Shown in pieces: positions 43,286-64,000 of a DNA stretch of 64,000 nucleotides (position 1 is the first letter of the stretch; every line of letters begins with the position of its first letter). Source of the DNA: the human T2T-CHM13v2.0 reference genome, Homo sapiens. A program made the translations under genes and the position numbers. The stretch lies in the NCBI RefSeq assembly GCF_009914755.1, contig NC_060932.1. One strand, given 5' to 3'. The notes beneath the pieces are model-generated. The model did not search any database and was not told the origin of the DNA. It was given only the letters and a program-made list of their open reading frames with translations.

Positions 43286-44245
43286 TAGGACAATAGAGCC
43301 TTGCCACCACTTCAAAAACAAACCCTCCAAAGTACAATTATTTTTCCTTTCAAAATTCACTCTCCTTCCTAATTTACCAGTTTCTGTCAATAAAACCACA
43401 GCTCCAATTGCTACCCTGGCTAGAAATCTCTAGCTTCTTCTCACTTCCCTTCGCCTACTAGGTCCTGTTGCCAAGTCCTAGTACTATTATATAATATAAT
43501 GGCTATTTCACAATCTCTGTCACTATAAGCACAATATTTGCCTTTCCATTACCTGTTAAGGGCAAAGTACTTAAAACCCAGTACCTAGAAACCTCAGACT
43601 ATCTTATCTTCCTAGTAACTCTAATTTCTTTTCCATTGCAATACATCTTGCAACACAAAATCTGAGAATATTACTCTGATCATATCAGATCTGCTACTCC
43701 AAAATATTCAATACCTTTCCATATTCTACAAATAAAATCCAAATTCCTTAGCACAACCATTCTGGGCCCTTTATTTCCTCTTGTCTGATACCCAAATATA
43801 CCTCCTCCATATGGTGGGAAAAAAACACTCAGTAAGTATTTAATTACTAGCTTCTTCTCAGTGACTGAAAACATCACCTATTCTACTAAAAATAAAGTTG
43901 TTAGTAAGAAGTATTTAAATTTCTTTACAATCTCCAAGACTACAAATGTATTATATTTGCATACTTACAAGATTCCCTTTCTCCTGCCCAAAACCAAACT
44001 CCTACACTTGTACTCTTGTCCTCATCTCCCACCAAGCCTTGCCCCAGGAATTGTTATTGTTTACTCCTACATCATAAACATCTCCCTCTCCACTGACTTT
44101 TTATTATAAATGAGTCATTATTCCCAGCCTACAAATATGCTCAAGCCTCTCCCACTCCTAAAAAATAAAAACCTTCCTTTTTGACTCCAACATCTCCTTC
44201 TAGCTGCTGCCTTGTCTCTTACTTTTTCTCTTAGCCAAATTTCTT

Positions 44246-45510
<1,265 letters not shown>

Positions 45511-45867
45511 ACATTTCTTAAAACAGTGGCCTACACCGTTTCAAATCCTTACTGGCCAGTGGTTTTTCATCTACACTTCCTCTCCCACTGCTACATTAAA
45601 CTACTTTTGCCAGAGCCCCATTTGCAATCTATGTTACAAAATACATGATTTCCTATCCTTATCTTCTGAACCTCTGCACAGTATCACAACAAACCATTCA
45701 CTGGTTCCTAAAACTATTTGCTTCCTTAGTTTCTATTCTCTCCTGCTTCTCATTTTGTCTTTCTATTCCTTCTAAGTATCCTGCCTAAATGCATTCTCTG
45801 CCCATCTCTTACATATTACTGCTCCCCAACCTCCCATCACTGACCCATTGATTTCCCAGTACACAAT

Positions 45868-46294
45868 CTGTGAGGGTTGCCAGTATCTGGCCTCAAGTGT
45901 TCACTTTGGGCCTCTCTACCTTTCTTTCTCAGGGTTCCCCCCAAAGGGATTAAAGGGTGCTCGGACCACAAGCAGGAACAGCTCAGAAGCATAAAAGAGT
46001 TAAAAGTTTCTTGTGGGCATCCTTGAACCAAAGGGGAGAGTTGGTAGACGAATGCCCAGCCTGAATGTTTTAGGAGGATAAGCAGGAGATACACTTTAAC
46101 CAGTTCTTCGGAGGATCCCCAGTAGGATGAGCCCCAGCTGTCCACAGCAATAAGTATAATAACACTTCCTTTACTGGTTTTTCTCCTTATCTTACTCTCT
46201 TCAGGCATTTCTGCTTCCTAGGATAATCTTTCAAAGAACCTGCACCCAAGACTTTGACTCAAGTTATCCTTTTAGGAAACTCAAAACTAAGACA
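45868..46294 (+). mobile_element. LTR16-like ERVL solo LTR
   Basis: TG...CTAAGACA ends; CAGCTCAGAAG, GAGTTAA and GAGCCCCAGCTG motifs. Confidence 0.6.
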
Positions 46295-47045
46295 AGGTGT
46301 AACAGTTTCAGCTAAAAACAGGAACTTGGATAAGTGGAGGTTTTAGACTGGACACATATCCCATCCCCTGGGAATGCACTATGCTCCATCCAAATCAATG
46401 AAAATATTAATCACAAAAATAAGTAATAAAATAATTCAAATGCCATTTTTCCATTTTTATGTTAGGAAATTATTTACAGGCAAATGGTAAGAAAGAAAGT
46501 CTCAAAACAAAATAAAAAATCTACTAGGGATGCTGGTCCTAACAATGGCAAAACTGTATCAACAGATGAGAGAGGTAGATGGCAGAAACAAGTAGTAATG
46601 GAAACTTAAAGACATCTTTAACCAGCACTGTAAAATTAAGCTAGTAAAATATAATTTTAACTTACAATGTATTAAGAGTAGTAAGTACAGATGGGTTCAC
46701 ACAGAAGAGCTCTCCTTCCTACACCATTCCTTTGTTACCACCTTCCCAGAAGCAAGTCAGCAGTTTCTCATTTATTCTTGCTCATAGACATGCTTATACA
46801 AGCATCATTGTTAATTACTAAAATCTTTCACTGAAGTTCCCATTTTTGCTTTAAGAACTAACACAATATAAGCTCACCCACAGTAACATACTTCTCAGTT
46901 CCACTACTAAATAACCGTTTTGAAATATCAAGTATCCTTACACATAAATAAGTTACCTACAATCAGATAAAAAGCAAAATCAACCACATAAAATTGTCTC
47001 CAATGATTTGTGAAATTTATTTCCCAAAAGGCAAACATGTCTTAC

Positions 47046-48186
47046 CTAAAGAGAACAGGGTATGGATCATCCCTCTCTGGAGGTCCAGTAATTCGTGCCA
47101 TCGTTGGGAAAGACTTAACAGGTTGTTGGATCATTGTATGAGGGGCAGTTTCCATTAAATGAAAAACTTCTTCTAGGAGGTTAATAAGCCTTTCTATTTC
47201 CCCTTCACTTATATTTGAGGATTCCAAAAGATCCATATCCATAGAAGCTTCCACCTCATTTTCATATTCTGGGTTTGTTCTCTCAAGTCCAGCATCTGTG
47301 TCGTGATCAGGTTCACTGTGGTTAGGAAGAGATGAAGTCTTCTCTGCTAAATGGTCACCAAGTCTTTTAATCTCTGACAAGACTTCATAGAAATGGCATT
47401 TTTGGAGAATAGCTGAACCAGCAGTAACAACCCTCACAGTCTGATCTAAAAGTATGAGTTCCAGAAGCTTTTGATAACCACTTTTTTCATTCTGCCTACC
47501 TCTTAAAAAAGCTTCCATTCCTTCTGTCATACTAATGACACTGTCCAAAGCTTTAAAAGCATTTAACTTAAGAGAAGATGATACGTGATCAGCAAACAGA
47601 AGTTCAAATAATCCACTGATCACTCCTGCTTGTAGCAGTCCTGTAACTCCTTGAGCCCCACATTCTGCTAGTGAGGACACTAATTTGGTCCCAGCTTTGA
47701 GCTGTCGAACATTTAAGGCGATAGGTTGGCGAAGCGCTACTTGTAAATTTAAAGCTTGCATGGTCCAGTCTACCAACTGGCCAAGGGAGTCTTGTTTTGT
47801 GTTTTTCAATTGCAAATAGCTTAACCCTTTTATTATTAAACTTGGAATTTCTTCTAAAGCTGTTACCCATTTTGCACCTCTATCTTCTCTATACAAATCT
47901 AAGAGTTCTGTTAACTTCACTGAGGCTTCGATTGCCCCTGAATTTTCTTTATCTGGACCTTGATCCTTCATTCTACTGATTTCAATTTCAAAAGTAGTCT
48001 TGTATGGACAACTGAAGTATAAGAGTGGTACAAGCTCCCTGTCATATGGATCATATGTCATAGGAGGAACTGAAGCTAAGTCTTCAGCAGTGTATTCAAC
48101 ATCAAAGTTTGGATACTTAAATGTTTCACGTTCCAAGTCAGCAATTCCATCTTCATCACTGGAAATTTGTTCATAACCATCATCCC
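47046..48186 (-). CDS. VIRMA: VIRMA exon 8 (1141 nt, long internal exon; start of the helical-repeat region)
   Basis: tttcag|GGGATG ... TTTAG|gtaaga; ORF 47042..48136 (364 aa). Confidence 0.97.
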
Positions 48187-48774
48187 CTGAAAATTAGTAT
48201 GAATAATATTTAAGTATTACATCATCTTTGTCTAATACATAAATTCTGATTGAACAAGAAATAGTTTTAATAAAACATTAAAAATGATTTCCTCAACAAA
48301 ACCAACTTCTGCCCCAACATCTTACCCACAATTTTACAACATTTTATAATTTCTAATAGAATTATGGACAAACTTCTTTTTTTCCTGAAAGGGGTGAGAC
48401 CTGAAAACTGGACAAACATTTTAAGCAAATTCCTCTGTATCTGTTCAGTTTTACAACTAACTGTAACAGATATCTTTTCCTCACAGAAATATAATTAGAA
48501 ATGCCTCAAAGTAACAAAAATATCTATCTCAGGAGGAAAGAAATTATGCTTGTCCTCTTGAGAGATTATTTTTAAGACCAAAAAAAAACTGGTTGTTTTA
48601 AGTTAAGTAAGAACTAATATCATCAGGTTAAACCAAATACTTTCAGCAAAACCACTGTAGATTCGTTTTATAACAATTTCACATTCCAGAATTTTTATTT
48701 CTCTGCATTTACCTATCACACAGTTTTGTAGGTCTCCATTATATTTTGATAGAAAATGTGTCCATTTAAAATAT

Positions 48775-49090
48775 GGCTGTGCACAGTGGCTCATGCCTGT
48801 AATCCCAGCACTTTGGGAGGCCAAGCCGGGCAGATCACTTGAGGTCAGGAGTCCGAGACCAGCCTGGCCAACATGGTGAAACCCTGATCTCTACTAAAAA
48901 TACAAAAATTACCTGAGCGTAGGGGTGCGTGCCTGTAAGCCCAGCTACTCAGATGGCTGAGGGACAAATCACTTGAACCCTGGAGGTGAAGGTTGCAGTG
49001 AAACAAGATCGCACCACTGCGCTCCAGTCTGGGTCATGGAATGAGACTTTGTCTCAAAAAAAAAAAAAAAAAAGAAAGAAAAAAAGAAAA
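48775..49090 (+). mobile_element. Full-length Alu
   Basis: Alu consensus. Confidence 0.9.
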
Positions 49091-49893
49091 CTGCCTGCCT
49101 AACATTTAACTACTTTTGCCAAATACAATAAATCTAGAAATAATTATTTGATAATCTGCGAATGGGGAAAGTTAAAAAAAAAATCACATGATAATCTAGC
49201 TATTTGATATTTTTTAAAAGAGCCCCTATGATTCTGAAATGACATTCATTTTTACTATCTGTAGAAAAAAGCCAAGGCAGATTATCTGTTATTCTGCATA
49301 AATGCTTTAACATTAAATGCCATTTCTTGGGCAAATTAAGAGCCAATTAGCTTGAGTATCTCTCACTTTTTGCTTTCAAAGGAAAAATAAAGCCTAATTA
49401 AAGGACTGTATCATACTGCCACATGTACTTGTGTAATTGAGATTTTTCCCTTGAATTTTTAAAAATAATGTAGCATTTGCTAAAATATCTAGGTGGCAGA
49501 CATCTTTAGGAATTCCACCTAGCTTTACCACTCCTTACTCTGAAAACAGCCACCAAATCCCTAACCAACATGTATTTGTTACATGACCCTGTTTTCCTGG
49601 CAAAAGCTGATGCTGTCAAAGGGAAACTCATACTGTAGCAAGTCAAACAGAAAACTGAGATACAGTCAGGCAGTTTAGGCTGGTTGGTTAAACAGGGGAG
49701 ATTAAAGTAAACACACAAAGCAGAGGAGAGATGGAAATCTCATTTCTAGTCATGCCTTGAGGCCTAGCTACATTCTGACCCTGGGTTTCTTGGAACCCAT
49801 TTATCTTTGCTAGAAATTATTTTGCATTTTTCAAAGCTGTATCGAGTTAGTTTCTAGTACTTAAACCCCAAAGTCCTAGCTAACATAACCCAC

Positions 49894-50166
49894 CTTCGCC
49901 TTCTTCATCCTCTTCACCTTCTTCCTCTTCATCTTCCTCTTCCTCCTCAGGAATACTGTCTACTGTACGTCGATCATCCTCATCCTCATCCTCTTCTTCC
50001 TCTACATCCACATCATCTTCATCTTCTTCTCCTTCTTCTTGTTGTTCCTCTTCTACTTCTCCTTCATCAGAATATTGCCCTTCCTGGGGAACAGAATTCC
50101 GATCAGGAGAAATGGGCTCAAAGTAATCTTCTCTATGAGGAGCATCCTCTTCCTTGTCACCAGACA
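49894..50166 (-). CDS. VIRMA: VIRMA exon 7 (273 nt; Glu/Asp-rich acidic tract)
   Basis: tttcag|TGTCTG ... GAAG|gtgggt; ORF 49880..50167. Confidence 0.96.
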
Positions 50167-50400
50167 CTGAAAAATTGAGATTTAAGGCACAGACTATTTT
50201 AATGGTTTAAATGACAAAAGGCAGCAAGACTGGATATGGCAACTACTTAATATTTTGGATGATATAGTTTATAAATACCCTTAAAAAAAAAGAATTACTC
50301 ACTGTTTAAAAAATATTGAGTATACACTGTACAACTTCTACAGTGAGCAATAATAAAGTATACTGTTAAGCCATTCCCTTTCTTTTTAGCTTTTAAGTAA

Positions 50401-51738
<1,338 letters not shown>

Positions 51739-51786
51739 TGTACTATTAACTAGGGGGGAAAACCTTAGCACTGGTTTTATTTATAC

Positions 51787-51909
51787 CTGGCAGAGGCACA
51801 GGATCATCTTCATCATCATCAGGTGGAGGGGGTCCTGGAGGAGTTCTTGGTCCCCTTGGCTGTGGTCTTGGAGGGCTTCCATTAAACTGATCTTCTTTCT
51901 CCCCATCAG
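51787..51909 (-). CDS. VIRMA: VIRMA exon 6 (123 nt; ADGEKEDQFNGSPPRPQPRGPRTPPGPPPPDDDEDDPVPLP)
   Basis: cactag|CTGATG ... CCAG|gtataa; phase 1-1; translated by hand. Confidence 0.95.
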
Positions 51910-51949
51910 CTAGTGTTTTATGGGAGACAGAAAAAGAACTTTCAAATTA

Positions 51950-52185
51950 CAGATGACCCCCGAACAACATGGCTTTGAACTGTGTGGGTCCACTTACATG
52001 TGATTTTTTTAAAGCAAAGAGAGATCTAAAATATGGTATTTGAGGGATGCAAAATCTGCATATATATAATGGGCTGACTGTCTGTATATGCAGGTTCCTC
52101 GGGGCCAACGTCAGGACTTGAGTATGCACAGATTTGTGTATACACAGGCAGTCCTAGAACAAATCAATCCCCAAGTAGAACAAAG
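51950..52185 (+). mobile_element. MER8-like Tigger MITE next to the exon 6 acceptor
   Basis: TA-CAGATGACCCCCGAACAACATGG terminus; GGACTTGAGTATGC core. Confidence 0.7.
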
Positions 52186-52216
52186 ATAATCATGTTAAAG
52201 TATAAGGAAATGAATG

Positions 52217-52488
52217 GAAAAAATACTTTTCATCACTGGGGAGATTTTCATCTTCAGAATTAACTAATAAACTTTTCCTTCCTGGTGTCTCAGAAATTTT
52301 GCTAATTAATCTATATTAATAACATCGGAATTTCTGACTTCCCACATACTGAAAAAATACTTGTCATCATTTCAGACTTTCATCTTCAGAATTAACTGAT
52401 TATAAACTTTTCCTTCCTGGCATCTTAACAGAAATTTTGCTAATTAATCTATATTGGTAACATTAGAATTTCTGACTTCTCACATACC
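52217..52488. repeat. Diverged tandem duplication, period 134 nt
   Basis: Copies start at 52217 and 52351 and share TTTCATCTTCAGAATTAACT and CAGAAATTTTGCTAATTAATCTATATT. Confidence 0.92.
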
Positions 52489-52569
52489 AAAACATAATGT
52501 ATACACTCTTAGGCTTGGGCATAATCCCAGAGAATGAAGATTTTGTTTTCATGCCAAAAAAATAAGGGA

Positions 52570-53505
<936 letters not shown>

Positions 53506-53507
53506 GG

Positions 53508-54850
<1,343 letters not shown>

Positions 54851-55367
54851 TGTGGTCAACTTCTTACAGTGATTAACACTGGAGTGAGGAGAAGAGATTC
54901 TGAGAAACATGAGTCCAGCTGCCTATCTTCTGAAAGAAAGCCACTGAAGTTCTTATTTTTCTTGTTTCCAGTTAATGAGCAAAAGGTTCTCAAAAGTGGA
55001 AGAAATCTACATTAGTTAAGATGTAGATACCTAATAAATTTTAAATGCACTCTTGAAAAAAAAATGTCATTTATATAAGTATTCCGGGAATATGTAACAA
55101 ACTCCCTGCCTATTTTTCAATTCATTTACAAATAATTTTAATAGTAAACCATGAATAGTCACTAGATTGCATTATCATTAAGATATTTTAAATGGGAAAA
55201 AATTCCCTCAGATCAGTTTTAAAAGTTCTCTAGGAAAACAGAGGAAGAAAATAAAATGTCACCACTTCAACATAAAAAGAAACTCTTAGACAAGAATGGG
55301 AGACTAACAGATAGCTATCTTGTCAAGTCTTAAGCAAGGTTCAAAAGGTGAACGAGGTGTGCTTGCT

Positions 55368-55554
55368 CACTCTCTCCCACCCCAATCCCTCACTTTCCCT
55401 CCTTTCTCTCCCTCCCCTTCTCCCTCTTGCCTCCTCTTCTTTCTTTCTCTTCCTCCTATCTCCCCCTCTTCCTCCTTCTCTCCCCCTCTGCCCCTCTGCT
55501 TCTCCCTCTCATCTCCTCCCTCCCTCTCTCCCCCTCTCTTCCTCTCTCCCTCTC
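55368..55554. repeat. CT-rich polypyrimidine/polypurine low-complexity tract
   Basis: About 185 nt almost entirely C/T on the plus strand. Confidence 0.9.
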
Positions 55555-55662
55555 AAGAAATAAAACAAAAACAAAAGGTAAAAGAGTGCTCTTCGAATTA
55601 TTTTTTTTTTTTTAAACCACGGATATAAGTTTCACTTGCAAAAGCAAATTTAAAATTCTCAC

Positions 55663-55831
55663 CATGTTTTGGATTCCTTTTCAAACTTGGTTGTGGCTGG
55701 GGAGGTGGTGGCGGGGGAGGTGGTGGTGGTGGAGAGTCTCTGTCATGACTTATCACTCTATCCACTGATCCATATATTGCCAGTGTCAGACAGTTATACC
55801 AGCCTCTTAGCACCAGACCATCAGTATTCAC
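55663..55831 (-). CDS. VIRMA: VIRMA exon 5 (169 nt; VNTDGLVLRGWYN..poly-Pro..KRNPKH)
   Basis: aatcag|GTGAAT ... CATG|gtgaga; ORF 55598..55831. Confidence 0.96.
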
Positions 55832-56327
55832 CTGATTTTCAGGGAGGGCAAAAAAAATCTTTCAAAGTCATGTTTTAAAATGCTAGAAGTTAGCTGATAC
55901 CAAATTAGATTGTGGTTCAACTAAAGTCTTTAAAAGTATGCTGAAAATGCAAAGTCAACACAAAGTGAAATTTACCTAGGCACAGCTTTTAGTGTGGTTC
56001 TCCAGAGCTACCATAACTACACCTGCACCTGTCCTAAGATTACATCTCCCAGTCCTATGCTTTATGTCAACCTTGTTCAAAAAGTATAACCAGACTCCCA
56101 TCCAAGAGAAAAGAAATGAGAATAAAATTAAGTAGGAGTTATTGCTAATTAATAAATTAAACCCCAATAGGTACAGGGGTCGTAGAAGGGACCAAAAGCA
56201 CAAATGATGCTCAGTCTCAAGAATGATAAAGTCCATAAAACTACATAGCATTCTTCTCAGAAGCCAAATTCATACATGCAGGTATATTTTACGTACCCAC
56301 ATTGTACATTAAAAAGTAATGGAATTA

Positions 56328-57975
<1,648 letters not shown>

Positions 57976-59083
57976 CTGTCAAGAGAGTAGAAATAAATAT
58001 GTAAGCTCAAACACTGAACATCACAGTTCATGAAGACGTCTCTCTAGATTCAAATATTTTAATATAATCAAATGCTAGATTTTTGTTTTGATTCAATAAA
58101 CCACAAAGTTTGAGTTTAATGTATTGTCCCCAAAATGTGATTAAAAAAAATCAATCCCAGATTCTGGATTAATTGCTTTGGGGTGAGTATGGACATCAAT
58201 AAATTTTTAAAAGCACACCAGGTAATTCTAATGTACAGCCAGAGTAGAGAACCACTGCATTACAGTCATACAAAAATGTAGACTACAACCAAAATTTAAG
58301 AAAAGCACCTGTTTTTATTAAGTAGGTACTGACATAAAAACACCCCCAAATACTAAAAATTACCTGCTTCAAATTATCTAAGGTTGCCCTTCATTTAAAA
58401 AAAAAGTTAAATTATTGACATAATTTAATAATAAATAAGAGAGGGGTCAATAACAGAATAAGTGATGTCTAAGAAACTGTTAATTCCTGACAGAAACAGA
58501 CATTTTCTCATTTTTAAGCTGCCTTTAGTTTTTTTTATTTTATGAGTTCTAAGTAAACCCATTGAATGGTCACTTGTTTGCAGACATCACAACAACAGGT
58601 TTAATAATACCTAACCTGAAAAAAACTACCTAGCATGTACTAAATAATCAAAAAAGGGGGTATCTACTAACAAAAGTTTCATTTTACAAAATGTGGCTAT
58701 GGAATTATAAATTGCACAGTAGTGTGATATGAAAGACACACATAAAATATTAGCTCTCAATGTGTCTATATAATTTAAGAATCAAAGATATTTTCCAAAT
58801 TAGAAGGTTACTATCATGTGTGAAAGTATCATGTATATAAGAAACACATGCACGAGTCACAAGTTAACAAACAATGGCTATTTCACACATTTAAATTTTT
58901 ATTTTATAAATTTAGCATCTCCTTAGGAGTTTGACATTTCTTTAATACCACCTTGACACAATTAAACCCTGTGTTCTTGGGTCTACCAGCAGATACATCC
59001 TTTTCTTCTATCTAAAGAATCAATCAAAAGGTGTTGCTTACTAACTCATGAGTTTCTGGTGAAATTACCTAGCAGGTACATAC

Positions 59084-59170
59084 CTTCCCAACCTATCGAA
59101 AACAGGGGCACTTGGTTTGCTTACATTGTTGAAGAATAAGTCTAATTGAAATGTATGGGGAGATGTCTCT
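59084..59170 (-). CDS. VIRMA: VIRMA exon 3 (87 nt; ETSPHTFQLDLFFNNVSKPSAPVFDRLG), N-terminal virilizer domain
   Basis: tttacag|AGAGAC ... GGAAG|gtatgt; phase 2-2; not in the ORF track, translated by hand. Confidence 0.95.
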
Positions 59171-59432
59171 CTGTAAATGAAACAAAGTTGAAACATCAGC
59201 CTTTGTAACAAACACTTCCTAAATTAAAACAAATAACATAGTAAGTACAAAGTTAAGAGCAATTCTAGAATTAGAATATGATGTTCCTAAGATTTAAATA
59301 ACAAAAATATAGTTAACTATGATATTGTATGTAATTTTATTCACATCCAATCTCAAGTAGCCAACAGCTGATTTTAAGTATTACTGAATATCAAATTTTA
59401 ATCAAGTACTTTTTGCATGCTATCACTATTCA

Positions 59433-60046
<614 letters not shown>

Positions 60047-60517
60047 TAGCTAACTTCAAGTTGTGTAATTACAATTTCAACTTAATCCACATTAATACAA
60101 GACTATAATAGTAACTTTAGCATCACAGCCCTAAGTTGTGACTTAAAGCCAATTGATATTTGTACAGCAGCAATTTACAAAAATATTTTGGGGTTTCTAA
60201 AAATAGATTATTTGGTTAATATCAGAGCCTATTTAATTTGCATTAGACTAAAATCTTACTACACTTTATGTAAAAGATACTATACCATAGCACCCTTGGT
60301 TGAAATTCCTTAAATTCAACTAAAATCTTGACTTTGAAAACCACATACTTTATTCTTGTTCATTTATATAAAAATCCAAATGTTAATAACTATAATGTCT
60401 AGAGTACTATCAAAGAGATTCCTGTATGCACTTCTGGTAGAAGCACAAACAGGCATCATCATTCTGAAAAGCAATGTGGCAATAAAATTCAGGAGACTAA
60501 GAAAATGTTCACATCAA

Positions 60518-60899
60518 GCCACCGTTTGAACGTACCCCACAAAGTCCATGTCCTGGAAATTTAATCCCCAATGCAACAGTGTTGGGAGGCAAGCCTAATA
60601 AGACATGACTGGATCATGAGGACTCTGCCCTCATGAATGAATGAATGTTGTTATCTGGGGAGTGGATTAGTTACTGTGACAGTAGGCTTGTTAACAAAGC
60701 AAGTTCAGCTCCCTTTTGCTCTCTTGGGCTCTCTGGCTCTTGCTTTCCACCATGAGATGAAGCTGCAAGAACGTTCTTGCCAGATTGCTGTCACCTTGAT
60801 ACTGGACTTCCCAGTCTCCAGAACTTTGAGATATAAATTTCTTTATAAATTATCCAGTATGTGGTATTCTGTTAAAGTAACACAAAATGGACAAAGACA
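60518..60899 (+). mobile_element. MaLR solo LTR (MST family)
   Basis: TTAATCCCCAATGCAACAGTGTTGGGAGG..GCCCTCATGAATG..GGACTTCCCAGTCTCCAGAACT. Confidence 0.85.
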
Positions 60900-61271
60900 C
60901 ACCATTTGATGCACTTTTTTCTAGAAAGTGTTTTTACAGAAACCTTGATATGCGAACAGATTTTTTTCAAGAGGATATTCATCATACTATTACTTGTAAT
61001 TTGAAAACTAAAAACCATCTAATAGTCCCCACATAGGAGACTAATCAAATATATTTATACTATAGTCATTCATTAGACTATGTAGCTATTAGAAATCATA
61101 AAATCAAGTAATATTTAATGATGTAAAAGTACTCCTGATATATTATAAATGAAATAAAGGAATACATAAAACACTAAAAAGTAACAGCAAAATAACAACA
61201 TATATTTGCCTTACCCAAATTCAATCATATGCACCCAACAACTCTAGTCTCTTCCTCTTGCCCTTCTTTAC

Positions 61272-62665
<1,394 letters not shown>

Positions 62666-62885
62666 CTCACTCTTACATTTGTTTTACTGCGTTAATACTT
62701 TATTTTACTGTTCTGTAGCATACTAATGATGTATAAATTTGTTTCTGATACTTTATGTTTAGAGTTATTACAACATGAAAAGCCACACATCTCCAGCTAA
62801 GAAAAAGGAAGAGGGTTAAGATAACGGAAAATGCAACAAATAATCCTACCAATGGCAGCTAATTGCCGAAATCCAGTTTGCTTGC

Positions 62886-63381
62886 TATGGTAGCCAGTCC
62901 CTAAGATGACCCCAATGACACTTGCTTCCTGGTATTCACACCCTATGTGGTAAGGTGTACACCCTATGTAGGCCCCTCCCACACTATAGCAGCAGAATAT
63001 GTAACCTACAGAATATGGTAAAGATGATAATATGTCACCTTCTGATATTAAGTTATAAAACACACTGCCTGTGGCTTCTTTCTTGGGCATGCCCTCTCAC
63101 TCTTAGATCACTCACTCTGGAAGAAGCCATGTCATGACACGAACAAGCCCATGGAGAGGATCTCCTGGCAAAGAAGTGAAGCCTCCTGCCAGCAGCCCCA
63201 TGAATGAACTACCAAGCAAATTCTTCAGCCCCAGTCTATATCTTGACTACAACTTCATGAAAGAACCTGAGCCAGCTAAGCGACTCCCAGAATCCTGACC
63301 CTCAGAAACAATGTGAGATAATAAATGTGTAGTTTTAAGCTGCTATATTTGCTAAAATTTGTTATGGAACAATAAATGACA
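62886..63381 (+). mobile_element. MaLR solo LTR (MLT1E/F-like)
   Basis: CTAAGATGACCCCAATGA..CAGCTAAG..TCCTGACCCTCAGAAAC..TGTGAGATAATAAATG. Confidence 0.75.
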
Positions 63382-63673
63382 AACTTTTTTTGGCCAAAAG
63401 CAGTACAATTAGAGAAGACTGTTGGATATACTATCATTATCCAATCTTCCTCATTCTACACAAAGCTCCCTTTACAGGAAAATCAGGAAGAAACGTATAG
63501 GGAAACTTGAGTTAATTTTCTTAAACATGGAAAAAAAGATATGAAGTCAATTATAATGATCCTTCACTATAAACATTAAAGATCTTTCTTGTGTATCTTT
63601 TAATTTTTGAAAGATGCCTATGAAGACTTTATACCTATTTCTACAAATAATGAACTATTTTCCACAATTATGA

Positions 63674-64000
<327 letters not shown>

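Noticed and set aside
45837-46208. 123-aa minus-strand ORF in intron 8
   Set aside because: Falls within an LTR16-like solo LTR; no coding features
52290-52370. Box C (ATGATGA) and box D (CTGA) spanning 81 nt on the transcript strand, suggesting an intronic C/D snoRNA
   Set aside because: No canonical terminal stem next to the boxes, about 380 nt from the acceptor, no recognisable rRNA/snRNA guide; a snoscan or Rfam search would be needed to revive it
55320-55628. Pro/Ser/Leu-rich ORFs in three frames
   Set aside because: CT-rich low-complexity sequence lacks stop codons by composition
59084-59093. Possible alternative donor AG|GTTGGG 9 nt inside exon 3 (would delete three residues)
   Set aside because: Much weaker than the neighbouring AAG|GTATGT donor and no supporting evidence in the sequence

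Overview
Human (or great-ape) genomic DNA, AT-rich and very Alu-dense. It contains most of VIRMA (KIAA1429, the virilizer-like scaffold of the m6A writer complex) on the minus strand. I traced 22 coding exons by hand (exons 3-24 in the usual numbering). All have AG/GT boundaries and consistent phases and total 5260 coding nt including the stop; 179 nt from exons 1-2 beyond the right edge would complete the 1812-aa protein. The intron-13 read-through ending of the short 1147-aa isoform and a 3' UTR with several poly(A) signals are also visible. The rest is introns and 3' flank filled with roughly 60 Alus plus L1, L2, MIR, LTR and DNA-transposon relics; subfamily names are from recall, not a search, and repeat boundaries are approximate. 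The most notable observations are: a 234-codon stop-free +1 frame spliced across exons 21-24 under the RGG-rich tail; m6A consensus motifs clustered on and overlapping a proximal poly(A) signal; an L1 endonuclease-region fragment inside an Alu with fold-back palindromes at both ends; a candidate in-frame 57-nt cassette exon; and a 13-nt Alu micro-insertion. I found no evidence for a wholly new gene system; the findings are testable hypotheses.
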